Notes: generated from the letters alone by a model not told the origin. A stretch of 64,000 bases of DNA from Eledone cirrhosa (GCA_964016885.1 OZ024760.1:20460001-20524000); one strand, 5' to 3'. Shown: positions 11,200 to 25,450, numbered from the stretch's first letter. Numbers and translations: made by a program.

Positions 11200-14100
11200 A
11201 GTTGATCGACTTTCGTCAAATTGGACCAAGGAAACAATGTTTCCGTTGGTCTTTCCAATTGCTATATACTTGGTATATTTTGTTTTAGTTAACCCTTTAG
11301 CATTCACATTACTCTATATATACTATTATATTTTCATGGTAAAGGCTTTACCTCACATAATATCAAATCTGAGATTTTGAAAGTATTTATTTTGAGAACA
11401 ATACCGTAACATCAGTTTGAGCAACCAGTTACAGCCAGTTTCAACAGAAAATTCTGGCCGGTTTGAACATTAAAGGGTTAATCAACCAACACTAGTGTAC
11501 GCAGGATAGTGCACTCAATGTGATATACAAGTCTGTGTACTCCAGAGTATTGTTATAAGTAAGAGTCAGTAGGTTAGAATTTACCTTAATTCACAACCAG
11601 GAAACTGACTGAATTTGGAATAAATTAGTTTGGATTATATTAGCTTTTATTTATATTAAGTTATGTGGGGCAGGGGCCATTCTGGAGAAGTAACCAGGAG
11701 AAACATTTTTCAAGATTGAGATTCCAAGGAACTGACTTTAGAAAATCCAATCCAGGGCCATCTCACTCCTGTTGATCTCCACCATTTTCTCTTTGGTTTT
11801 GGTTATGTGTAGCCATACTCACCACACTTGGCCTATTGTGTGACTGGGGGGGCATTCTCCTTTCTTACAGCTTTTGGGGTTCTACTTACCCTCCTCACCA
11901 GACCAGTTGTTTTAAGTAAAAGCAGTGAAAACAGCCCTTGAACAGTTTTAAAAATCTCTCTAAACACTCACATTTTTAGTTGCCGTGAGATATTTCTAAC
12001 AGGTATTGTGTTGGTGTATTTCAAGCAACATATGTGTATGTATATTGGATTGTCTAGTTTATTGTTAATACAGTGACCATTAACAATAATACTAACACTA
12101 ATATCCTAGTTTTAGATCTCGCACTCAACTTTCTACACAGCTAACCCTAACCTAAACAAACAATAAAACACAAAACATATACCGTTTTTAAATAAGTTTT
12201 ATCTCGTTTATTCTATCTTATTATATTCTAGCTTCTCCCACTCAGCTCCCTAGAGCTTAACTCTTCTTACATTGCCCTGAACCGTACACACTACGGAAAA
12301 ACAGAGCAATCCAGAACATATTAGACGTTTCTAAGAATAGTTATTGTTTAGTTTAGTACAAAGTCAACAGCGACCAAGCAACCCCCATACTACCCAAACA
12401 TGTTCCAGACGCTACAATCCAGTCTTTTATTCAGACATTAACATTTACAATATCTAATATGGGGGAGATTTTTGGCTGTTATTTCTAGTAGGTGAAGATG
12501 ACTATGGAGGCTATTTCGTTGGTTATAGTTCTGTTTTTTTTAAGGTCTGATACATTAGCGTCGGTTCCAACAGGCTAAACAGCTAGATTGTGTAAGCTCC
12601 TTAAGATCAGATCTAGATAGTCCGACGGAATGTACAATGAAGTCAGTTAATATTATATTATATCAGCTCCACCATTATTTCACTTCTAGAAAATATGGAC
12701 AATGTTACAAAAGGTACAACTAAAATGGTCCTGTAGTAGATCTAATAAACGGTGATGATGGAAAATAAACACCAACAACTAATAAAAACAACTGCAGCAG
12801 ATGTAATAAATTGTCAATGAAGACGTTAGTGAGAAAGACGTATTCAGTAATTCTGTAATTAAATAATTAATGTTAAAAAATGAGTGTCGAATGTGCCAGA
12901 AGAGTTCAGAATAATGTTGAAAGAAGGGAGATAACCCTTCGGTCATGGAGAGAGTTTCTAGTAACTTCCATTTTAGACTATATATGTGTGTGTGTGTATA
13001 AATATATATTGTGGATGTATTTTCCTGTACAAATATATAAAACAAAAGCTGCTATTAACCCATATTGAAATATTTATGACTACATTTTTTTTCCGGTTCC
13101 CCATTCTATAGAAGAGGACAAGTGGTAGATTTGTCTGTTTCTAAGAATTCGAGCGACCACATACAGGCAGCTACATTGGTTCATTGTGCAATATATGTGT
13201 GAGTGTGTGTATATATATATATATATATATACACATACATATATACATACACACACACACAAATGTTTTACTACGGCTAAATAGTGAATCTCTCCTGCTT
13301 CTCACAGGGTCATCAGACAAGAACTACATACGTGTATATATAAATGTTTTCTACTTTCGGTACAAGGCCAGCAATTTGGGGCGAGGAGAAAGTGTATTAA
13401 ATCGACTCTAGTGTATTACTGGTGCTTTATTTTATCGACCCCATAATGTTGATTGGCATATAAATATATTTGTAATGTAACTGTGAGGAGAAGCCATTCC
13501 TGATAGCGGAAGTGAATATGAAAGATTCTAGTATCTTCTATAATTTCCAGTTATATATATGTCACGTGTATTAAAAGCAACGGTGTTATATAGACATACA
13601 GGCATTCAGATTAGATAAATATATCGACATGGGAACACAAGGAGAAACATGGGTATTGAATTATATGGGAGCAATGAAAGGATATATAAACATTTTTTTA
13701 TAGAGATTGAAGGACATGGTGAACGTTTAAAAATTTAAAGTGTGTGAAAAATAAATAGTTGGAGACAATGAAAGAGAAATATTGGTGTGAGAGGGACATA
13801 GATCGTGGGCAAAGAAATTTGTTACTTGAAATTTAATAAATAAATAAAAACACAAACGATAAGCTATTAAAGACGAAAGTTTTAGGATAAAGAAAGGTAT
13901 GTAGGGAAAAAATAAAGGGGGCATAGACAAAAGAGATATATTAGTAAGGAGTAGGGATAAAAACAGATTGATTGTGTAGGAAATGAAGTTAGTAGGTCAA
14001 ATCTATATTTCTAGATATGAATGGAGAGAACGAAGGATAAATATATATGGATTGCTCAAGAATATAAAATGAGTTCATGGGAAATGAAACTAAACAAAAT

Positions 14101-14344
14101 AAATAAAATATGGACCAAATAAGCTTCACAAAATCTCCATTTCCCCCCTCCTTCACTAGCCTTAACATTCTCAGAAAATGCAATGAGATCACACAGTAAA
14201 TCATATGTACTAAGATTGGATATTAAATATGTACAAGATTATTATGTAATAATAATTGTTTCTACTTTTGGCACAAGGCCAGCAACATAATGATAGACAT
14301 TTATATATTCATTTTATTACGGCTAAATACCGAGTCTTGTTATA

Positions 14345-14427
14345 CAGGGTGTCCCCCAAAAAGGTATACACACTTCAACATTTCCTGTACAGGCAATCAA
14401 AGTGTGTATACATTTTTCGAGGATACC

Positions 14428-14430
<3 letters not shown>
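14345..14430. mobile_element. Tc1/mariner-type mini-MITE (CAGGGTGTCC TIR); copies ~18030-18100, 42305-42403, 63009-63106
   Basis: cagggtgtcccccaaaaaggtatacac ... gtgtatacatttttcgaggataccccg, in TA-rich sites. Confidence 0.65.
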
Positions 14431-14480
<50 letters not shown>

Positions 14481-14901
14481 CACACACATGGATACGTCCG
14501 AACTATACACGTACGTATTGAAAAAGGTTATTAAAAATGTATTTTGGATTAAGTAAATATATATATATATATATATAATGTGTGTGTGATTCCCAGCGGA
14601 TGTTTTCTGTAACTATGTGTGAGTGAATACTTAATAAACGACTACTATTAAATAGTAATGATAAAGACAAAGATATTGATTTTACTTAACACATTTTAAA
14701 ATAAAAAAAAAAACCAGAGACACAGACGTAGAGAATAAATAGCTTGGGTGGCTTTATATTGAGATTAGTGGAAGTGAAAAAAATACAATGTCGATTGAAG
14801 ATCATTTACGACGGACAGAATACTTTGGTGTTGTTGCTTGGAGGACAGATTATATGTATACACCATTGATGATCGGAACTTACTTTATTGTATAGTACCA
14901 A

Positions 14902-14943
<42 letters not shown>

Positions 14944-16902
14944 ATGAATATATATAACAATCGATCAACAAGATGCCAGACCTCATTCACTTAACGAGTG
15001 GGGTGGAAATCGGACAAATGACACAATGTTTCCGTCGGTATTTCCAATCATCTACAGGTCGCAAATCCAGGAAGAAATATATTTATATTTATATCTATAC
15101 ACATCATTATGATAGTAATTTAATTCATTGTAAACCACATACACATATATATTATGAGTAATTAACCATAATTATATACATATATAGGTGAATTGCCGAT
15201 GTAAATTAGAGAGGTTTAAAGAGGTACCCAATATGTTAGTAGAATATAGGCATATTTATTTCATTATAGAAATGACTTCTGCAGAACTAGAACCGTTTCA
15301 TATGTGAGAATTCATGAAGAAATTTCTAGTCCTTTAGAAGTGATTTCTATAGAGAATTATTTGTAAGGGCCCCACATATACAAAATATGTATTCCTCTAT
15401 TAAAACGTATTGAGTACTCATTTAAAACTGGGCTCTCTTCTATACATAAGAGATACCATAAATATCCACACACACAAATACACTTCTGTAGCTAGACATT
15501 AAGTCTAGTTAAATAAAGCATTATTTCCTCATGTTCGCTGTTAATCCATTTAAAGTTGGGGGGGGGGGGGGGGGCACAAAAAACTATTTTTTCCCCCCCT
15601 TGGTTGTTAAACTTGTTTTTTAGCTAATACTGGAGAAGGCGTCCATTGAAATCTCTACTGAAAAATAAGACAAGACATAGTTATGTGTGTGTCTGTTTCA
15701 GGAAATTTATTAGTAATCATCTCCAAGGATCGATCATAAAACTAAAGGTTGCTTCTACCAGAAATAGCAGTCAAACCTCCTTCAAGTTACACCCTACCGT
15801 CTCAGAAAAGAACATTTTATGTGACATGTTCTGTTAGAAATAACAATCAAATCTCCCTTTAGAAATAACAACCAAAATCATCGGTTTCAGAAAACACTAC
15901 TGTGACTTGCTCTGCTAGAAATAGCAGTCAAAACTCCCAAGTTACACCCTTTATGTAACCTGGTTTATTTGAAAAAAAAGTGAAGTACATTAGTATAGGG
16001 ATCTCTAAACCTTTGTTTAGACAGTCGACCTTCACGAGATCCTTGAAACTCCCTACCAACCCGGCATCTATAAAAAATAAACTAATCTAAACCAGTTAAC
16101 AGAATATAAATTGGACATAACTACCTCTACAAGTTGTATCCATTACGGTCCGAGTTCAAATCCCTTACGGGGTCGATAAAATAAAGCCCCAGTAATACAC
16201 TGGGGCAATTGTTGGCCTTGTGCCAAAAGCAGAAACAATTATTTCAAATCCTTTTATTTCTTATACAAAATGCAATTGATACCTCAAATACGGACCAGGC
16301 CCATTGATCCCTTCGGGATCGATATCGATCGTATTCTAACGAAAGATAAAAACACCCACAAGAAGTATAAAGGCAGAACCCCCCATGTGGTGTAAAAAAA
16401 AAAAGCCATTATTTCCAAATAAAACTTCGCTATTTAAAACTATAAAATATTGTTTTAAATAATAGTTTCTGATTTAGGTACCAGGCCAACAATGATGGGG
16501 GAAAGGGAAAGTCGATTAAATCCACCTCAGTGTATTACTGGTACTTTATTTTATCGACCCCGTAAAGATGAAAGGCAAAGCCGGCCTGTTTCAAATAATG
16601 AAAATGAAACAAAGCGATTAAATCAATTTGTAATACAATTATTTCCAATAATGAAACTAAAGAAAATAATTGTTTCTACTTTAGGCACAAGGCCAGAAAA
16701 TTACTCAGTACATTACTGGTACTTTATTTTATCGACCCCGTAAGAATAGAAAATAATATTAGGTACCACGAGGTTACCAGTCATACACCAAGGAATAATT
16801 TAAATACCGCGGCTATTTTGTCCGAAGACTTAAAATATACAGGGAGATAGACCAATCTAGTTTTAATGCTTCGTTACACCACCTATATATATATGACAAG
16901 AT

Positions 16903-16982
<80 letters not shown>

Positions 16983-17071
16983 CAAACTTTATTGGGATAT
17001 TACAATCATAATATATTTAAGATGGTGTGTGTATATAGATATTAGATTAAAATTAATACTATTACCATATG

Positions 17072-17133
<62 letters not shown>

Positions 17134-18946
17134 CTGTGGCACATGGCCATGAATTTTGGGGGAAAATTGGAGTGAGGACTAGTTGATTCAATTGACACCT
17201 TTTAACAATATTGGAACTGGGATCGTAAAGGGGTCCAAGAAATACGTTGATTGGCAGACTTGAAATGTGTGTCCTAGGCCCCCTCAAGAGACCCATTCAT
17301 TCGTCCTAACTTAGGTCAGTTTAACACCACATCCACTTCGTTTTCAAACATTCAGACCATATAACAGACTTCCCTTCACACCACCAGACCAAGGTGGTGG
17401 CATTAAGAAAGAAACATAGGCGTTACCTTTTCCTCATTCTAATTAATGCATTAAGAAAAATATACACTTTGTATATATATATATATATATATTAATTATG
17501 TTTATCCCGGGGTAACCACAATAAATAAGGTACTCAATACAAAGCAGAGTATAAATATTTAATATAGAAAGGCTTCTACAGGACTAGAACTGTTTCATTC
17601 AGAAAAATGATTTCTTCCGAATGAAACAGTTCTAGTCCTGTAAAAGCCATTTATATATTATATATATGAATCCCGGGTTCAATCAGGGATAACCACAATA
17701 AGTAAGGTACTCAATACATTAATATAGTGTATAAAACAAAATTTAATACAGAAATGGCTTCTACAGGACTAGAACTGTTTCATTCGAAGGAAATCATAAA
17801 TTCTTATATAATTTCTGACTTTTGACACAAGACCGTAAACCACGCAGTTAGGAGGTGATTTAATCGATATCTAAAACATAATGGGCTTTTATTTTATCGA
17901 TCCTGGAAAAGATCAAAGGTAAAACAGGATTTGATTTGAATTTAGACCAGCAACAAACATTACTAAAATAAAATCTGCCAACCATTTTCGTCCGACGATG
18001 TCGATATATATATATATAAATATACACACACAGGGTGTCCCCCCAAAAATGTATATATACACTTCAACAGCATTCTGTGTATACATTTTTGGGATACCCT
18101 ATATATGTGTGTGTGTGTGTATTTCTTCTGCTTATAATTAATATTTTCATTCATCTCATCTTTAATTACATTTCCTCCAGCCTTGCCAGATCTTCTATGT
18201 CATTCATTCTAGATCTAATTAGTAATTAGAGTTAGAAAAAAAAAGATTCGTTGACCCATATGTTAAAATAACAATATTTAAATTCACACCAACTCGATGT
18301 TACTGGCGATATAAGGGAAGAACCCCGATCAGGTCTAGAAAAAAAGGCCCCTGTCATTAATATGTGGGGAGATAAAATCCACTGGTATAATTTTAGAGAA
18401 ATTAACATAATTGCTTTATCAAATTAAATTATTCTATCATATATATATATATGTATGGCCCTATCACTGTATTGAGGTAAAAGACACCTAGTAAATAAGT
18501 AAAATTTACTTTCATTAATATTACTATTATATATGTGTGTGTATACCCTCCCCAAATATAATACATATAGTCTTTAAATATATATTTAACTGGGTGATCA
18601 ATCGACAGAGAAATATTTGAAGGTCCCGAAGATAATAAATTTTATTAATGAATCTAATCTCATAAATAATTTTAAGCTCGTGTCTGTCTTAATTGAGAAT
18701 CTTGTGGATTTTTAAATATTAATTAAATTGCTGAATTGCTAAAATAAAATAAAAAGGTGGGGTGCTGATGTCGAAGTGATTTTAACAGCTAGGTTTCGAT
18801 TCCTTAACGATCAATATCAATTTATATATATATTATATTATGGCTAAATAGCGAGTCTTGTTACTGTGGAGTTTCGCCTGCTTATTAAAACTTTACTTCG
18901 GTATTGAGTACTCTATTCTCTCAGCCCTCAACGATACAGATATAGA

Positions 18947-19016
<70 letters not shown>

Positions 19017-19385
19017 ATTATTTATGTTCATACGCGGAACAAAGGCGCTACCCAAAGTTTAAAGGTCCAAATTTGACCATAACTCCAGAATACAAGAGGT
19101 ATCAGAAATAGTGACCTTTCTTCAGGCGCTTATACGAGTTTATATATACATATATAGGGTGTCCCCCAAAAATGTATACACCATTCTAATATATATTGCT
19201 GTACAGGTAACCAAAGTGTATATACATATTTCTTATGAGTATTAGAACGACGCTCTTAGTGTGAAGTATGATCTGATTGATATATATATATATATATATG
19301 TAGGAGGTGAGTTTTATTGTAGTACAATAAAGCAATGCAGATATCGGATAAGAAGCACTCTACAGTTGTAGGACTGGAGTATACA

Positions 19386-19425
<40 letters not shown>

Positions 19426-19603
19426 TCACACTTCTCACACTAAGAGCGTCGTTTTAATACTCATGAATGAAAAATGAACTTTATACGTCTTCATTACCAT
19501 CTCTCTCTCTATATATATTACTTTCTCTCATATATATTCGGAATATTAACAAATTTGAAAAATACAATATAATATAATATAAAAGAAACCAAGATATACT
19601 TAC

Positions 19604-19617
19604 TGATCGGCTGTCAT
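19604..19617 (-). CDS. DNAJC7: Candidate start-codon mini-exon of DNAJC7 (ATG ACA GCC GAT CA|G = MTADQ)
   Basis: ATG followed by phase-2 gtaagt donor that joins in frame to the 10275 exon; too short to confirm by homology. Confidence 0.35.
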
Positions 19618-19652
19618 AGCTCTATGGTGAAATATATAATATATGTGTTATG

Positions 19653-19689
<37 letters not shown>

Positions 19690-19979
19690 TTATATATATA
19701 TATATATGATTGTGTATGAATATATATATATATATATATATATGTGTGCGTGTGTGGTATTTTTTTCTATTTCTTCTTTCGTACACAAATATATGATTAA
19801 AAAAATGTGTTAAATAGTTGATGGTTGGCTTTTTTTTTCTTTCTTTTCCTCCCCGAAAAAAAAAATAGAAATACGAGGTTCTTGTAGACAGAACCACACC
19901 GTTTTAATAACAACTACTTCTACAAGTAGAGACAAAAAGATTTTTACTGAGCCAGCCTTAGAAATGGCTGACAATAATG

Positions 19980-21180
19980 GTTAATGGCGGACCTCACTGC
20001 TGCTACTGATTACTGGATTATTGGTTTCTACTGATGGTGATAGTATAGTAATAGTGATGATGGGGGTAATGGCGGACCTCACTGCTGCTACTGATTACTG
20101 GATTATTGTTTTCTACTAATAGTGGTGGTGATAGTAATAGTGATGATGATGGTGGTGGTGGTGGTGGTGGTGGTGGGGGTAATGGCGGATTTCACTACTG
20201 CTACTGATTACTGGATTATTGGTTTCTACTGATGATGGTGGTGGTGATAGTATAGTAATAGTAATGGTGATGGTAGTGGTGGTGGTAATGGTGGACCTCA
20301 CTGCTGCTACTGATTACTGGATTATTGGTTTCTACTGATGGTGGTGGTGATAGTATAGTAATAGTAATGGTGATGGTAGTGGTGGTGGTAATGGCGGACC
20401 TCACTGCTGCTACTGATTACCGGCATAGTAATGATGGTGGAGGTGGTGGTGGTGGTGGTAGTAGTAATGGCGGACCTCACTGCTGCTACTGATTACTGGT
20501 TTATTGGTTATGGTGGTATAGTGGTGGTGGTAGTGGTACAGTTACAATGATGATGGTGGTGGTAATGGCGGCCCACACTGCTGCTACTGATTACTAGATT
20601 ATTACTAATGATTATTACTAGATTATTACTAATGATAGTGGTGGAGGTGTATAGTGGTATAGCGGTCCTCACGGCTGCTACTGATTAATGATGAGGGTGG
20701 TAGTGGTGGTGTTAATGGCAGCTTTCACTGCTGCTACTGATGGTGATGATGATGGTGGTGGTGGTGGTGTTATAATGGTGCTAGTATTGGTTGTAATGGT
20801 AGTATTATAGTGGTGGTGGTGTCAATGGTTTCCATCACTGCTGCTACTGATTAATGTTTTACTATTAGACTGGTTACTACTGATGATAGTGCTGGTGGTG
20901 GTGGTGTTGTTAACGATAAAGGTGGTAGTAGTAGTAGTATTGGTGGTGGTGGTGGTAGTGATGGTGACAGTGACGCTGATGATGATGTTAGTAGTAGTAG
21001 TGGTTATGATGGTGATGGTGGTGGTGGTGATTACTATTTACTATTGCACTGGCTGCTATTGATGGTGTTGGCGGTGCCGGTAGCGGTTTCTGTGATCGTG
21101 GTGTTGATGGTTTGTGAATATGCTAGTGGTGGTTAGTGTCTGTGATGGTGGTGGTGGTGGTGACACTTAGTTTCTGCTAT
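19980..21180. repeat. Degenerate GGT/GAT-rich minisatellite with aatggcggacctcactgctgctactgattac core
   Basis: Core recurs about 10 times. Confidence 0.85.
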
Positions 21181-22011
21181 GCTGGTGGTGGTGGAGGTGT
21201 TTTATGAATATGGTGATGGTGGTGATACTTTGTACCCATGATGATAGTGGTGTTCGGTGCTGGCTGTTGATTGGTGGATATTGTATGACGGCGGTGTTCA
21301 TTCGCTTCCTGGTGGCGATGGAGAAGGAGGAAGTTCTACAATGCGATAATGTTGAAGAAAGAACTGCTTATTGCTCGCTATCTCATTATGATAATGTTGA
21401 ATGGATACTGTTAGTAATTACTTATTAATAGTAGAGGCTATCATCAGTGTCTATGTCTTGCTAGAGAGCGTAGCGGTGGTGGTAGTGGCGTTGGAGGTCC
21501 TTACGGTGGTGATAATGGTGGTGGTAGTGGAGGTTAAGGTCCCAATGGTTGTGATGGTGGAGGTTAAGGCCCTCCCCCCCCCAAGGTGAGGTGTTGGTGT
21601 TGGAGGAGGTGGTGTTGGCGTTGAGTGACGTAGATTATGGAGGCAGTGACGTAAATAGTGGTTTCTGATTTTAGACACGAGGCCAACAATTTTTTCTTTG
21701 TCGGGGTAGTCAATTAAATCGGTCCCGGCGCGTCACTGGTACTTTATTTTATCGACCCCGTAGTGATATAATGATGACGGCGATGGAGAGGGAGGGAGGC
21801 GTTGCTGTTTGGCCCTACTTATCAAGAGGTAGAGTGAGATCCGAGGGGTATCACTAAATTTTCTAGCAGATCAAACGACTACCCAGAGATTCTCTAGTTG
21901 AGTCATGATTCTTCGTCGTTGACTCAAGAAGCTCCCTGTATTATTATCTACCGAATCAGTAGAGCGTCGCATAACATGCTTAACGGTATAGAGTTACGGC
22001 CCTTTGCGTTC

Positions 22012-22935
22012 TAACCCACCTTTGAACAAACTGGCTGGAAGGCAGCACTTCCCTCTCCACCCTGATTTTCCTTTTCAGGTGAAATCTGAAAAAGATATTG
22101 AGGAAGTCACCGAAGAGGAAACTGACCGTCTTCAACCCTTTCAGAAGCGTCCACCATACAACCTCTTTCACCATGGCCACCAGGCAGATAAAAACCGCCT
22201 GCCCCTCCTGCTTAAAGGAGGGTGGCGGGGCAATCTTCACGATGGACTCAACTGATAGCTGGATCCATCCTACACGCGACAGCAGATGTTTGACATAAAC
22301 CCAAAAGTCAGCGATGCTCAAACACTGGACCAGTTCATGCAGGACAGTCTCGTCATCTGACAAGCATCTCGGACAGGCCCGGTTGACGGCATTACATGCC
22401 TGTAAAATTTAACTTGAACTGGCAACAATCCCCGGTAACACTGCCAGGCCAGGGACTTCTGGAAGTTATCCATTGGCTCCATACTGAAAGTCCTCCCGAA
22501 GAGAATAGCTAGTTGGCTTTCATCGACACCCAGAGTTTTCCCAAGGACGTTGTCACTCTTTCCCTCCATTAACACTCTATAGAACGCCAAGGTGGAGTTT
22601 CCACACCTGTTCACCGTCGAGGAACAGATGGAGATGCCATAGCTGGAGCGCATTATCAGCCATAGCATGCCCAGCCGTCCATGTAGCAGGTGTTGACAGC
22701 AAATGGACCACCTAACCATCGGCGCGCATCCCTTCCACAAAAAGCAAAAGAGCAAATGCTCCAGTGCAGTCAGACGAGGCTTAGGACAAGGCACGGCGGC
22801 CTGGCAGTAGTAGATGACAGACGCGATGTATGCGTTAGCCACCTCTGCTCGACCTTTCAGGGATAGCTTCCTCTTGACCCATTTCTGTGTGAGAGAGACC
22901 ACTCTGCTTGTCACCTCGTCCCAGTTTTTGTGAAC
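22012..22935 (-). mobile_element. Tx1/L1-clade non-LTR retrotransposon ORF2 remnant (post-RT and zinc-binding region)
   Basis: [40 protein letters not shown]...FLWKG, SLAWQCYRG, DETVLHELVQC; frameshifted. Confidence 0.8.
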
Positions 22936-23172
22936 GTGAGCACGAAAAAATGTTTCCGAAAGTCATATATATAGAGAGAGAGAGATGTGTAAAATCCCGA
23001 CTGCGGCACCAAGCGGTTTAGGCTTCTGTTAAGCAAGCCTTATCAAGGGTGTAGAATACGCCCTTGATAGGGCTGCAGTCGGGATTTTACACATCTCTAT
23101 ACCCACTCTACATCTTCACATATATTGAATATTTATAGGATTAGTGGTCTCCTTAGTCTCAGCATTGCAGAC

Positions 23173-23215
<43 letters not shown>

Positions 23216-23967
23216 CGACCACTCTACAGTGTGGACTGGGTGCTTTTTGTTGTGACACCTACACAACCACTTTACAGTGTGGGCTGGGAGCTTTTTGTCG
23301 TGACACCTGCACAACTTTACAGTGGCGACTGGGGGCTTTTTCTCGTGACACCTACATAACCACTTTACGGTGTGGACTGGCGGTTTTTTGTTGTGACACC
23401 TACGCGACCACTTTATAGTGTGGATTTGGTGCTTTTTGTCGTGTCACATACATGATCACTTTACAGGGTGGACTGGGTGTTTTTTTTCTCATGTCACTTT
23501 CTTTTTTTTTTTCTTGAAAATCCTAAACAAGGTATGAAGCCACTTAGTGTAAGGGATTATGAAGGAGAAATTAAGATGAAAGAAATGAATTTAGTTCAGA
23601 CTTGAAAGAGTTCAGATCATAATAAGGAGGGGGGACAACAATTGTATACTTATGCTGAACATTTATGTAATTATAACATGGAAATAAATTTTAGGGTGTA
23701 ATACATGGTATTTAGGGGTGTCGCAGGGTTTTAAATTTAAATAATTATGTATAATTACTTATTATTCACAGCAGTAGTTTAGCAGAATATTTAGTTAGTA
23801 CATTAGATAAAATAGTTCGAAGTATTTGTCCTGGCTCTTGACATTGTGATGTTTTGATGTCTCTTATTCAAATCTTGCCAAGGTCAATTTACAGTGACGA
23901 TAAAGGAATCTGTCAAATATTGAGGTTGGTTTTAATCGACACCACCATTCTTCACCTACACATACAC

Positions 23968-24136
23968 CAGACTTGTCAACTCTCCCCATCCGACAGGAAA
24001 TCTCCCACTCACTTTGGGGTGGGCGAGAAATGTCTTCTCTTGTGAAAATGGGTATAACTCATGTAAAATCTCCCCATTTTGGGCCACTTTTTTTCACGGT
24101 ACTCCCCATTTTGGTTTTTAGAGGTTAGCAAGTCTG
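23968..24136. mobile_element. MITE with (C)AGACCTGTCAAC TIR; copies 26765-26921 and 27936-28130
   Basis: cagacttgtcaac ... gttagcaagtctg, flanked by catacac on both sides. Confidence 0.7.
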
Positions 24137-24470
24137 CATACACACACACAGACACGCTCATCCTACACCTACACACACAGACATCCATCCTATACCTACT
24201 CACACACACATCTTCCACCTACTCACACGCCCATCCTACACCTACACACACACACCCATCCTCCACATACACAGACACGCCCATCCTACACACACACAGA
24301 CACACCCATCCTCCACATACACACTCTCACACATACACACATCCATCCTATACCTACTCACACACACCCATCTTCCACATACTCACACAAACATACCCCA
24401 CACAAATTGTTGGCCTTATACATAAATTAGAGACCATTATTATTCAGTATTTGCACAATGAAGGTTATAA

Positions 24471-25060
24471 GATCACAGAAACCCTAGAAACCTCACTGAC
24501 CAGTGTACAGCAGACCAACAAAGGTGTTGAGGTCACAGAAACCCTAGAAACCTCACTGACTAGTGTACAGCAGACCAACAAAGGTGTTGAGGTCACAGAA
24601 ACCCTAGAAACCTCACTGACCAGTGTACAGCAGACCAACAAAGGTGTTGAGGTCACAGAAACCCTAGAAATCTCACTGACCAGTGTACAGCAGACTAACA
24701 AAGGTGACGAGGTCACAGAAACCCTAGAAACCTCACTGACCAGTGTACAGCAGACCAACAAAGGTGTTGAGGTCACAGAAACCCTAGAAACCTCACTGAC
24801 CAGTGTACAGCAGACCAACAAAGGTGTTGAGGTCACAGAAACCCTAGAAACCTCACTGACCAGTGTACAGCAGACCAACAAAGATGTTGAGGTCACAGAA
24901 ACCCTAGAAACCTCACTGTCCTGTGTACAGCAGACCAACAAAGGTGTTGAGGTCACAGAAACCCTAGAAACCTCACTGTCCTGTGTACAGCAGACCAACA
25001 AAGGTGTTGAGGTCACAGAAACCCTACAAATCACACAGCTATGTATGCAGCAGTCCAACG
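24471..25060. repeat. 60-bp tandem repeat, about 10 copies, open on both strands (VTETLETSLTSVQQTNKGVE)
   Basis: Exact 60-nt period visible line by line. Confidence 0.95.
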
Positions 25061-25391
25061 AAAATATGGGTCGAATGTGTAAAAACATGATTCATGCAGT
25101 TTTCACGTCTGCTCACGTAAATGTTATTTTTTAAGCCTTTAAGCTAACAAAGTTGAATTAACTTCACACCCGCCACTCTTGCAGATTAAGTTGATTGTTA
25201 AGATGAAATAATCCCACAAATGCATTCACAGACACACTCTCTCTCTATCTACCTACCTATCTATCTATCTATCTATCTATCTACCTACCCATCTTAAATA
25301 GAAACTTATCTATCTACCTACCTATCTGTCTTTCTATCTGCCTATTATTCTTTCTCACTCTCTTCCTCTCTATCACCCTATGATATATCTA

Positions 25392-25450
<59 letters not shown>

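Noticed and set aside
11885-11975. gtaagt donor as DNAJC7 first exon
   Set aside because: The required phase-2 frame has a TGA just before the donor
23843-23850. In-frame TGA in CPGS*HC as selenocysteine
   Set aside because: No SECIS seen, no selenoprotein resemblance, and exon phase does not connect; a pseudogene stop or chance is simpler
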